From Oscillospiraceae bacterium (lineage in GTDB: Bacteria > Bacillota > Clostridia > Oscillospirales > Oscillospiraceae): a DNA stretch of 63,178 nt. The notes under the pieces are model-generated. The model was not told where the DNA came from. It saw only the letters and a list, made by a program, of their open reading frames with translations, and did no database searches. Location of the stretch: positions 1 to 63,178 of the forward strand of contig JAFYLI010000125.1 of assembly GCA_017537165.1 (NCBI GenBank). The letters are read 5' to 3'. Positions 23,647 through 32,642 of the stretch are shown here, one piece after another. Each line of letters starts with the position of its first letter. Position 1 is the first letter of the stretch. The position numbers were made by a program, and so were the translations under genes.

Positions 23647-26460
23647 TTACTGCACTTTGATCGTCAGTGTCAATTTGTTCATACCGCCGGTATATTCGTA
23701 CTCAACGTCATCCATCATCTTGCGAACCATAAAAATACCCAGGCCGCCGATGGCGCGATCCTCCGCAGATGCGGTAATATCCGGCTCTTTCGCATCCAAG
23801 GGATTATAAGGCTTACCGTTATCGCGGAAAATCAGACGCAGAGTATCATCTTCTTTCAGAATCCGTACCTGTGCCTCGGTTGCGCCGCTGTAACGGACGA
23901 TATTAGAATAAATCTCGTCCACCGATACCATAAGCTTTGCGGAAAGCTTCATGGGCACCTCAAACGCCTCCAGATGCTCCTCCACAAAAGCAGCTACCTG
24001 CTGAACGGTTTCCATTGTGGGATTTACAGACAGCATTTTATTTTCCACCTCACTCAAACGAACGCACAACATCGTAATGTCGTCAAACTGTTCAGCCTCG
24101 CCTTGGAAAGCATCTACATCAGCTTTTACCTTTCTGCAGATTTCCTCCACCGTCATGCCATGGGTTTCGTTCAGGCTGGCAAGCAGACGATCCTCACCAA
24201 AGAGCTGTTTATCGATATTATGTGCTTCGGTAACACCATCGGTATAGAGATAAATCTCATCACCCTGCTGAAGCTGGAGCTGCTGCTCCTTGTACCGAAC
24301 GCCCTCCATACCTGCCAGCACAAAATTGGCTCTGCCCTTCAAATATTCGTAAGATCCGTCCTTATGACGCACTACCGGAGGATTATGACCGGCGTTGGCA
24401 TAACGAATAAGTCCCGTTTCCAAATCCAAAACACCCATCCAAGCAGTAACAAACATACCGGCCTCGTTATTTTCGCAAAGCTGGGCATTGACCTGCGTAA
24501 ATACCTCGTTTACTGCAAGTCCGCTCTCTGCGTGGCTCTTGATAAGTGTTTTGGAGGTCATCATAAACATGGCGCCGGGAATACCCTTACCGGAAACATC
24601 CGCCACCACGAAAGCCAGATGATTTTCATCCAGCAGATAGAAATCGTAAAAATCGCCGCCGACTTCCTTTGCCGCATCCATGCTGGCAAAGATACTAAAA
24701 TCCTTGCGGGTGGGATAGGGCGGAAATACAGATGGCAATGCAGAATGCTGAATCTTCTTTGCTATTTCCAAATCTTTATCAAAACGGGCCGCAGCCTCGT
24801 CGATATAGCTTTTCAAAGTCGCAACCGTGGAGTTGATATCGTCCGACAGCGAAGCAAACTCTTCATTATCACGAACATCAACGGTTACGTTCAAATTACC
24901 TTCGGTGATTTGAGCAAGAGACTCATTGATCTTGCGAATGTTTTTAACTACAAGTTTCTTGATAAGTACAAAAATGTTGGCAAACAATGCTGCAAATACC
25001 AGCGTTTCCATAAATGCCAGCATATAAACAGATGCGCTCTTGGAGAAAAGAGCTTCTTCCTTGCTCATAACAGCGATGATGTAATAGCCTTCGCATTCTG
25101 TATACATCACGAAAGAGGGAGTTCCGTATATCTCACCGGCAACACGCTCTCCGGGCTGTATATTCATTCCACCAGTATCGCCGAAAATGGAAACATTCTC
25201 GCCTTGATGGCCTTCGCGGTCACTTACGATCATTCCGTTTTCATCGCAGATGATGATGAAGCCTTCCTGACCGATATGGCGGTTTTCAGCAGCGTATTTT
25301 ACCTGCTCTCTAATCTGATCATAGAAAGCAGCAGTATCATAGCCAACCTGAAGGAACCCATTCTCCAAGGCTACGCCTGCATACTTGCGATATACGTTGG
25401 AATCATGAGTAATTGGACGATAGTCCTGAACAAAGTCATCCGTACCATACAGCAAGCCCATAAATTCAACCGACTGTGCACCCGAAGCCATGTTAAACCC
25501 AACATACTCAGGATTCGAGCTGACCGCAATAATTCCATTGCGGTCTACCACATTGATATCGGTAACGTCATACTCCTGCGCCAACGCAAGAAGCTCCTCA
25601 TGAGTTGCATTCTCGGGAAGTTCAGCTGCTATTGCCTTGGTAATATTCATGAGATTGCGGTTTGAAACGTCTCGGATGTCATTGCATACGTCGTCTATGT
25701 TTGCCTTGAGCGTGTAATCCACTGTAGCGTAAGCGATTTGATTTTGAAATGCTTGAGTGAAAAATGTTGTAACCACAAATGCCAGTACCACACATACCAG
25801 CAGCCAGCGCTGGAATGTTTGCGCTATATTCTCCTTACGGCTGTTGTCATGCTCGTGCTGTGCGCTGCGCTTTACAAGGAAAGTGATTGCAAGAATGGAA
25901 AGCATAACGGAGACACCGTTTGCCGCAATCATCGGGATAGCACAAATCTTTACAATAGAAAAAGCTCGATGAATATCATCCGCATTCGTCAGGAAAACCA
26001 GCAGCATGTGCAAAACTTCTGACGTTACACCTACAGCCAAGCCATAGAACCAAGAAGCTTTCTTGTTGTCCATCATGAACCTTCTGACACCTGCGCCGAA
26101 AATACCGGCTACGATCGTGCCAACAGAGCAAGCAACTCGGGTGTAATCACCTGCAGGGGTAAACCAGCGTTCCACACCGCCTACAAAACCCGCAATAAGA
26201 CCGGAAGGCCATCCGAAAATAAGGCCGGCGGTCAGGGGCGCTGCATTTCGTACGTTCAAAACGGCTCCATCTACGGGAATGCCGAATTCCGTTGCCAAAA
26301 TGGCCACAACACCAAAACTTACGCCTATTATGGCTTGTTTCCAAAGGTTAGAAAGCTCTTTGAAACGGCTTTTCTTCTCGGCCTGATAAAATCCGATCGC
26401 CAACAGCATCGGCAAAAGCGATGCCGTTATGAGGCGAAATAATGTAATTCCATTAAGCAC
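23647..26460 (-). CDS. membrane sensor: multi-TM N-terminus, extracytoplasmic domain, HAMP, PP2C/SpoIIE phosphatase, and a C-terminal RsbW-like HATPase kinase domain
   Basis: 937 aa. GTG start with a GAAGGAGG RBS. HAMP-like NESLAQITEGNLNVTVDV. PP2C motif GGDFYDF...VADVSGKGIPGA. C-terminal GGLGIFMVRKMMD. Confidence 0.8.
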   Translation of the reverse strand: MLNGITLFRLITASLLPMLLAIGFYQAEKKSRFKELSNLWKQAIIGVSFGVVAILATEFGIPVDGAVLNVRNAAPLTAGLIFGWPSGLIAGFVGGVERWFTPAGDYTRVACSVGTIVAGIFGAGVRRFMMDNKKASWFYGLAVGVTSEVLHMLLVFLTNADDIHRAFSIVKICAIPMIAANGVSVMLSILAITFLVKRSAQHEHDNSRKENIAQTFQRWLLVCVVLAFVVTTFFTQAFQNQIAYATVDYTLKANIDDVCNDIRDVSNRNLMNITKAIAAELPENATHEELLALAQEYDVTDINVVDRNGIIAVSSNPEYVGFNMASGAQSVEFMGLLYGTDDFVQDYRPITHDSNVYRKYAGVALENGFLQVGYDTAAFYDQIREQVKYAAENRHIGQEGFIIICDENGMIVSDREGHQGENVSIFGDTGGMNIQPGERVAGEIYGTPSFVMYTECEGYYIIAVMSKEEALFSKSASVYMLAFMETLVFAALFANIFVLIKKLVVKNIRKINESLAQITEGNLNVTVDVRDNEEFASLSDDINSTVATLKSYIDEAAARFDKDLEIAKKIQHSALPSVFPPYPTRKDFSIFASMDAAKEVGGDFYDFYLLDENHLAFVVADVSGKGIPGAMFMMTSKTLIKSHAESGLAVNEVFTQVNAQLCENNEAGMFVTAWMGVLDLETGLIRYANAGHNPPVVRHKDGSYEYLKGRANFVLAGMEGVRYKEQQLQLQQGDEIYLYTDGVTEAHNIDKQLFGEDRLLASLNETHGMTVEEICRKVKADVDAFQGEAEQFDDITMLCVRLSEVENKMLSVNPTMETVQQVAAFVEEHLEAFEVPMKLSAKLMVSVDEIYSNIVRYSGATEAQVRILKEDDTLRLIFRDNGKPYNPLDAKEPDITASAEDRAIGGLGIFMVRKMMDDVEYEYTGGMNKLTLTIKVQ

Positions 26461-26486
26461 CTCAGCGGTCCTCCTTCACAACAGAT

Positions 26487-26783
26487 TTATTCAATGGTCA
26501 AAATATCAGCAAAGCCGGTAATATCAAAAACTTCCATGATGGTTTCGTTAACATGGGTCAGCTTCATGCTGCCCTGTGCGTTCATCATCTTCTGTGCCTT
26601 GAGAATAACGCGCAGACCTGCGGAAGAAACGTACTCCAGCGCGCTGCAATCCAGTACCAGTTCGTTGATACCTGCAATGCATCCATCGATGGTAGCTTCC
26701 AGTTCAGGGGCAGTAGTGGTATCCAGTCTGCCAATGATTTTCAGAGTAGCTGCAGTAGCGGTAATAGTCTTTTCGATAGTCAT
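26487..26783 (-). CDS. STAS-domain anti-sigma-factor-antagonist-like protein (copy A)
   Basis: 98 aa with LEYVSSAGLRVIL and VFDITGF motifs. Confidence 0.85.
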   Translation of the reverse strand: MTIEKTITATAATLKIIGRLDTTTAPELEATIDGCIAGINELVLDCSALEYVSSAGLRVILKAQKMMNAQGSMKLTHVNETIMEVFDITGFADILTIE

Positions 26784-26853
26784 AATTGAAGTCTCCTTAA
26801 TATATTCAGATTTTTTGTATTAACAACAGTTATTTTATAAAGCCTCGCAATTT

Positions 26854-27537
26854 TCAGTTGAGCTTTTTCTTTCGAGTAAGAATTCTGTCAATTCCGTAGA
26901 ACAAATAGCCCACGGCCATAAATGCTATAAGCATCAGCAGTGCCCACTTTGCAACGCCGCCGATACCCTGCGTTTCCAAATTAACAAAGAAATAAGGGTA
27001 AATCAGAGGAGTATTGGTGCCGGGAATCAAAATGGACGTATCAAACTTCAGAATTGCAGCCTGAATGAAAATAAACACCAGGTATGCCAAGGGAAATCCT
27101 GCGCACGCAATGGGATAATACTTCTTTACTCTTCCGCGCTCACGGAACATAAACCAGTCTGCAATATACATTACAGGCAATACAACGTGGGCCAAAATGC
27201 TGCCAACACGCCAGTTCAGCTGAGGATTGCGGCCCTCGGCACCTGCTAACAGTGCATTGAACACCACGAAAGTTAGCAGGATCGCCATAACACCGATAAA
27301 TTTAAGCAGCGGCGCTACGGTCACATAACTGTCATCTTTCTTCTTTGCAGTTTGAATCAGCTGCGCAAGCATGACAGCGATGCAGAAATAGTTGCTCAGG
27401 TTTGTAAAATGAACGTAGAAGTCCCAGCGGATCATGGTGTAATCATCAAAGATACCAAAGCTGGCAACAATGCCAACAAGACCCAGCGCGCAGTAAAAGG
27501 ATTGATAAATCAGCTGCGCAGTTCTATTCGTCTTCAT
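26854..27537 (-). CDS. polytopic membrane protein, function unknown
   Basis: I prefer the ATG at 27535-27537 (AAAGGAA RBS) over 27570. About 6 TM helices. Confidence 0.6.
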   Translation of the reverse strand: MKTNRTAQLIYQSFYCALGLVGIVASFGIFDDYTMIRWDFYVHFTNLSNYFCIAVMLAQLIQTAKKKDDSYVTVAPLLKFIGVMAILLTFVVFNALLAGAEGRNPQLNWRVGSILAHVVLPVMYIADWFMFRERGRVKKYYPIACAGFPLAYLVFIFIQAAILKFDTSILIPGTNTPLIYPYFFVNLETQGIGGVAKWALLMLIAFMAVGYLFYGIDRILTRKKKLN

Positions 27538-27566
27538 ATTAAATTCCTTTCCGATCACAACTTGAA

Positions 27567-28862
27567 TCAAATCATAATTTGTTCGCCCGCAGCGTATTTG
27601 GCGCGGATTCCGTTACGGTCCAGTTCCAAATATACGGCACGTTCCAAACGCTCCGTTACGTTAAGTTCCTGCGGGTGAGCAAGAGTCGTGTCATCAAGTA
27701 CTACGGCGTCGAATTCGAAACCTTCCTCAAAGCTGCCAACCTTACCGAAGAACTCACCGCCGCCCATTGTAGCCATATAAAAGGCTTCGGGAAAAGTGAT
27801 GGGTTTTACGCTTTGATCTACGTGACGCCAATACATTTTGGATACCTGTATAGCATCCGTCATAGCGCGGAATATGGAATCACTGTGACCTCCTGCCACG
27901 TCACTGCCAAGACCGACGTTCATATCCATATCCAGATATTTACGAATCGGCGCAATTCCGGAACTGAGGTTCATATTTGATGCGGGACAGTGCGCTATGA
28001 ACACGCCGTTTTTATGCATCAATTCCACTTCCTCCGGGGTGGACCAAACACAATGGGCCATGACCGTTTTTACATCGGTGTTGATATCGTCATTCTTACC
28101 GAAAAGGTCATAATCATTATAGGCATCGCCATAAAAGGCATTGTTGGGTCTCAGGAAATGGACAAAATTTATTTCTCCGGGGCTTTCGGACAGATGAGAC
28201 TGCACCGGAATACCGTAGGTCATTTGAATTTGCTTGAGTTCCTCCATGAGTTCGTCTGTACAGCACGGAATAAACCGAGGGGTCAGTATAGGTTTTGTGC
28301 GGTGGAATTTACCTTTAACTGCATTGATCCAGCCGAATGTGGTATAGGCGGACATTTCCGCGCTTTCCTCTTCCAGTGCCTCCGTTGCTTCACGATCCAT
28401 ATTCACTTTTCCCACATAGCTGATAAGTCCGCTCCGTTCCATCATATCCATGAGAAGTTCCGTGGCGGGACGGTGGCGGGTCGCAAATATGACCGCGCGG
28501 GTGGTAGCGCCCGCTTTGAGAGCATTTACAAAGATTGAATATGCTTTCTCCGCGTATTCCAGATCAGCATATTTTTCTTCTTCAGGAAACGTGTATCGAT
28601 TGAGCCAGTCCATCAGTTCCAGATCCATACACATTCCTCTGAAAGCATACTGAGGGGCATGGATATGAAGATCTACCATACCCGGAACTATGAGGCTGTC
28701 GCCGTAATCCACTATCGGCAATTCGGCATACTGCCTGGGCAGCTCCGAAAATACGCCCTTGGATTTTCCGCCTACGCAAATGACGTACGCATTTTCTCGG
28801 GTAATCAGCTCGCTTTTGCTTTTGCTGTAGCATACGTGACCTTTAAGCACAAAATCCTTCAC
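27567..28862 (-). CDS. guaD: guanine deaminase (amidohydrolase superfamily)
   Basis: GTG start with an AGGGGGAG RBS. Motifs PGMVDLHIHAPQY, LMDWLNRYTFPEE, SHLSE, AHC and GLGSDVAGG. Confidence 0.7.
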   Translation of the reverse strand: MKDFVLKGHVCYSKSKSELITRENAYVICVGGKSKGVFSELPRQYAELPIVDYGDSLIVPGMVDLHIHAPQYAFRGMCMDLELMDWLNRYTFPEEEKYADLEYAEKAYSIFVNALKAGATTRAVIFATRHRPATELLMDMMERSGLISYVGKVNMDREATEALEEESAEMSAYTTFGWINAVKGKFHRTKPILTPRFIPCCTDELMEELKQIQMTYGIPVQSHLSESPGEINFVHFLRPNNAFYGDAYNDYDLFGKNDDINTDVKTVMAHCVWSTPEEVELMHKNGVFIAHCPASNMNLSSGIAPIRKYLDMDMNVGLGSDVAGGHSDSIFRAMTDAIQVSKMYWRHVDQSVKPITFPEAFYMATMGGGEFFGKVGSFEEGFEFDAVVLDDTTLAHPQELNVTERLERAVYLELDRNGIRAKYAAGEQIMI

Positions 28863-28903
28863 GCACTACTCCCCCTCTTTTCTAAGTCGATGACAGCTGA
28901 GTA

Positions 28904-29200
28904 TCACTCTATGGTAAGAATATCCGCAAAACCGGTAATATCAAAAACCTCCATGATATTGTCATTGACACCGATAAGCTTCATGCTGCCCTGAGCATTC
29001 ATCATCTTCTGAGCCTTAAGGATAACGCGCAGACCTGCGGAAGAAACATATTCCAAGGCATTGCAATCAAATACCAATTCCTGAACGCCGGCAACACAAG
29101 CGTCAACAGCAGCCTCCAAAGAAGGTGCGCTGGAAGTATCCAGTCTGCCGATAATTTTCAACACGGTAGTAGAACCATTTACAATTTTTTCGATAGTCAT
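28904..29200 (-). CDS. STAS-domain anti-sigma-factor-antagonist-like protein (copy B, paralog of 26487-26783)
   Basis: 98 aa, collinear with copy A. The two share a long identical block, ALEYVSSAGLRVILKAQKMMNAQGSMKL. Confidence 0.85.
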   Translation of the reverse strand: MTIEKIVNGSTTVLKIIGRLDTSSAPSLEAAVDACVAGVQELVFDCNALEYVSSAGLRVILKAQKMMNAQGSMKLIGVNDNIMEVFDITGFADILTIE

Positions 29201-29221
29201 AACACATTCTCCTCGTTTTTA

Positions 29222-29590
29222 TTAATCTAAATTTTTTCTTAATCTTAAAGTTTCCAAAAGCAGTTGTTCGCCGTCGGGCAAGACAAAACAGCCGTCTGCC
29301 CCTGCTTCAACGGCTTTCTCTCTAAAATCATCTGTTTTCGCGATAATAAACACCGGAAGATCCGGTTTTTGTCTGTGCAGCATCTTCACCAAATCCATGC
29401 TGTTTGTTCTTCCTATCTCTGCTTCCAGAAAAACAGCATCGACTCTATTGTTCAATACATCATGCGGCACATGACTAAGATCTGTATGCTGATAAACAGT
29501 ACTACCCGGGAATGCCGAAACCAAAAGCTGCGTTAATTTTTCCAGCTGTATTCTGCAACTATCTGCTGTTACAAATTTCAATGGCTTCAC
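29222..29590 (-). CDS. single-domain receiver-like protein with non-canonical active-site residues (pseudo-receiver)
   Basis: 122 aa, GTG start. CheY-like pattern, but FLEAEI replaces LLDxxMP, IIAK replaces the T/S position, and FVLP replaces xxKP. Confidence 0.65.
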   Translation of the reverse strand: MKPLKFVTADSCRIQLEKLTQLLVSAFPGSTVYQHTDLSHVPHDVLNNRVDAVFLEAEIGRTNSMDLVKMLHRQKPDLPVFIIAKTDDFREKAVEAGADGCFVLPDGEQLLLETLRLRKNLD

Positions 29591-29713
29591 CTCAAATTTT
29601 CCTTCATATTAAAGTAGTTTACCATACGAAAGGATGCAGAAAGGGTACACAAAAATCTTCTGCAGACTTAAATTAATTACATTTTTTGACTGTCGGTATA
29701 ATCATACCACGAG

Positions 29714-29763
29714 TAAAAAAACGAATCAAGCGGCAGACCAATAAACAGTCCGCCGCCTGATTC
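29714..29763 (-). terminator. intrinsic terminator after the NlpC/P60-SLH gene
   Basis: 12-bp stem (29723-29734 / 29752-29763) with a G-U pair valid only on the minus strand, followed by a U-run. Confidence 0.8.
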
Positions 29764-29799
29764 GCTATCAAGGCTTATCTTTATGTTATTCCGCAGATA

Positions 29800-31812
29800 T
29801 TACTCTTCCTCTGCCACAACTATTGCCTGCTTCATCCATTCGTCAAAGCGCAGAAGAACCATGGACAGCTGCGCTCTTGTTGCGCTATTCTTGGGATCCA
29901 ATACCATGCCTTGGCCGTAAGTATCGTTCTCTCCCTCGATCAGGCCCGAAGCACAGGCCCACTGCATTGCCGGAATGGCATATTCGGATATTTTGAAAGT
30001 ATCGTCATAGGAGAGGATATTTACCTCCTCGCCTGCGGAAACGTCATAACCCTTATACTGGGCGTAGCGCCAAAGGATAGTAACCATCTGCTCGCGGGTA
30101 AGCGCATCCTCGGGGCCGAATTTTCCGTCTCCGTATCCGATTGCAATACCGTTTGCATCAGCCCATGCGATGGCACTAACCTTGTGAGTTTCGCTGAAAA
30201 CATCGGTAAATCTATCCGTATTCTCCACCTCGGGTCGTCCGTCTATGCGCCAAAGGGCGTTAACGGTAACTTCACGGCTTGCCACGTCATTGGGGCCAAA
30301 ATAACCGTCTCCATAGTTGGCTATAAGTCCCTTTTTAATAACATAGTTCAAGCCTTCGCGATACCACTTCGTCTCGGGGAAATCGTAGGTTTTTCCTTCC
30401 AGCTTTGCGTAGCAGGGCATAAATGCCATATCCAGCGCCTGCAGCCAAGTCAGACCGTTGGCGCGCTTGACATCGAGAGTGTTTATCATTACGTCGCGAG
30501 TGCGCAGGCGCTTGCCGGTATCGGGACTCATTATGCTGCTGACCGTGCTGATAACGTAGTATTTACCGTCAACCTTACCAAGGTATATCATCTCATGGCC
30601 CGGGAAGCTCAGTGCCGCGCCCAAGGGAAGCTCATCCAAAATTGCGCACTTTTCTTCGATAGACATATTGTTCATGTCGATCTTTTCTATGTTCATATTC
30701 CACTGCCAGTTGCCGTTGCGGCCTATCTCAAGACCGAAGCAGGCATAAACGGTGCGAACCATACCGGAGCAGTCCTCTACTCCCATCATACCGCCCCAGC
30801 CGTAGGCATCACCCAGGTTCTGCAGAGTTACCATGGCGATATTCTCCGTAGTAAGAGGCAGGAAGCCCACATTTACCTTTGCGGTTTCGGGGATCAGCGC
30901 CATTTTCTTTTCATAGCTGCCATCCTCTCGGCGAACGGGCAGATAAACAACATAGTTGTGATATGTATATCTGTTATTTACAAGCTGATCGGGTTCCAGA
31001 TCGGTAACAAGTTCAAGCTTTGTGCCCTGAGCCAGCATACGACGCGCAGTCTCGGGAGCGGTGAAGGACTCGTCGGTATATTCCTTATTGCCGTATACCA
31101 CCAGAGTTTTCTCCTCGGGTATTACCCAGGCAGAGAGCCACTCTTCCCTATCAGCACATATAGCCACGTCCTCAGCAGGTATCCAGCCGGAGCAATCGCG
31201 GCTGCGAGCCATATAATACTTTCCGTCAGCAGAGGTAAGATAAATAACCAGAGGATCGTTCACCTGAACAGCGCTCAGATGCTGGTAGTTAAAATCCAGA
31301 TCCTTGGGGTCATCCCACAGGGGATCATCGGAGGGAAATACCTGCAGGGTTGTGCGCTCAACCGCAACTGCGTAACGTATGGGCATCGTAGCCTTTACGT
31401 TGGGATCGACGCAGTTATCGATCATATTCTGGAAATAAGACCAATCGGCAATTTTGCCATCGGGGCTGTATATCCAGCCGTAGTAGTACTCAGCATCCGC
31501 AGTTGAGGATTTTTGCACCATCTCGATTCTTGCAGGGCCGTCAAAGGTTTCGGAAATGGTACGCAGATCCATTACCATAGTTCCGGATGCAATATACGTA
31601 TCCTCATTGAAGGCCTTGATCTCTTCTGCAGTCAAGATGATTTCCTGCGCATCCTCATACAGATCCACCCAATAGGAAGCATCGGACATTTCTGCCGTTA
31701 CACCGGGCATATATCTTATCCCCGCTGCAGCAGCAGGCAGCGACAGCGTAAGTGCCATAACAACACACAGCAGCAAAGCAGTTATTCTTCTAAATCCAAA
31801 TTTACAACGCAT
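29800..31812 (-). CDS. secreted NlpC/P60-family peptidoglycan hydrolase with C-terminal SLH repeats
   Basis: Signal peptide. NlpC/P60 Cys motif EDCSGMVRTVYACFGL. Three SLH-like repeats at the C-terminus (FGPNDVASRE..., FGPEDALTRE..., LDPKNSATRAQ...). Confidence 0.8.
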   Translation of the reverse strand: MRCKFGFRRITALLLCVVMALTLSLPAAAAGIRYMPGVTAEMSDASYWVDLYEDAQEIILTAEEIKAFNEDTYIASGTMVMDLRTISETFDGPARIEMVQKSSTADAEYYYGWIYSPDGKIADWSYFQNMIDNCVDPNVKATMPIRYAVAVERTTLQVFPSDDPLWDDPKDLDFNYQHLSAVQVNDPLVIYLTSADGKYYMARSRDCSGWIPAEDVAICADREEWLSAWVIPEEKTLVVYGNKEYTDESFTAPETARRMLAQGTKLELVTDLEPDQLVNNRYTYHNYVVYLPVRREDGSYEKKMALIPETAKVNVGFLPLTTENIAMVTLQNLGDAYGWGGMMGVEDCSGMVRTVYACFGLEIGRNGNWQWNMNIEKIDMNNMSIEEKCAILDELPLGAALSFPGHEMIYLGKVDGKYYVISTVSSIMSPDTGKRLRTRDVMINTLDVKRANGLTWLQALDMAFMPCYAKLEGKTYDFPETKWYREGLNYVIKKGLIANYGDGYFGPNDVASREVTVNALWRIDGRPEVENTDRFTDVFSETHKVSAIAWADANGIAIGYGDGKFGPEDALTREQMVTILWRYAQYKGYDVSAGEEVNILSYDDTFKISEYAIPAMQWACASGLIEGENDTYGQGMVLDPKNSATRAQLSMVLLRFDEWMKQAIVVAEEE

Positions 31813-31824
31813 AGTTATTCCTCC

Positions 31825-32622
31825 TTACTGTACGGGCTTGACGGCCACGAAGCATTTATCTCTTGCGTGGTCAGGCGCATCACCGAAGAAGTCAAAGAAG
31901 GTGAAGTTATAGATAAATCTCTCTGCACCGTAAACTCCGTAACCATCCTGATTATGATCGGTGGTGTCGAAAGGATCAGCAACGATGATAACGTCATCGC
32001 CTTCGGTTTCAGTTCCCATGGTGTCATAGCCGATAATTACCTGCCAATGTCCACCCCAGTCATTCCAGCCAACTATAACGGGAATGCCTGCCGCAATGCG
32101 CTCGCGTATGAAGGTCAGGTCAATGGTATCAGGATTCTCGGCATAGTCATAGGTAGTTTCCAGCTCAAAGCCGCCTACAGCTTGGAACATATCAATTATC
32201 TGATCCAAACAAGTTCCTATATGCTGTTCTTCATGATCTTCTCTAAGCGCGGCAAGGCTTTCTTCGTCCCAATCGCCACGCTTTCCAAAATAGTTCAGCA
32301 CCATCTCGGTGCAGCTTACACCGCAGGACCACCAGCTGGTCTGCTGAATGGTTTTGAAGTTGGGAATGATATATAATCCGTTTCCGGATTTAGCATTGTA
32401 AAAGTCTGCGTGATAGAAGTAAACAGAATCTTCATGATCCAGCTCCCTTTCTACCTCATTGGCACCGCCGTCAGCATAGTTGGTACGGTACTCCATCTTC
32501 ATTTCGTCGCTGTAGTTACCTGCGATATCTTCTTTTTGAGTTGCCAGCAGCCAACCGACGGCTATGCCTATCAGCAGCACAACTATAATCAATACCGCAA
32601 CAACCGCGTTTCTTTTTTTCAT
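31825..32622 (-). CDS. membrane-anchored C39-like (papain-fold) cysteine peptidase domain protein
   Basis: N-terminal TM helix. QQTSWWSCGVSCTEMVL Cys motif, and a later GGHWQVIIGYD His motif. Confidence 0.6.
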   Translation of the reverse strand: MKKRNAVVAVLIIVVLLIGIAVGWLLATQKEDIAGNYSDEMKMEYRTNYADGGANEVERELDHEDSVYFYHADFYNAKSGNGLYIIPNFKTIQQTSWWSCGVSCTEMVLNYFGKRGDWDEESLAALREDHEEQHIGTCLDQIIDMFQAVGGFELETTYDYAENPDTIDLTFIRERIAAGIPVIVGWNDWGGHWQVIIGYDTMGTETEGDDVIIVADPFDTTDHNQDGYGVYGAERFIYNFTFFDFFGDAPDHARDKCFVAVKPVQ

Positions 32623-32642
32623 AAACTACCTCTCGTTCCGAG

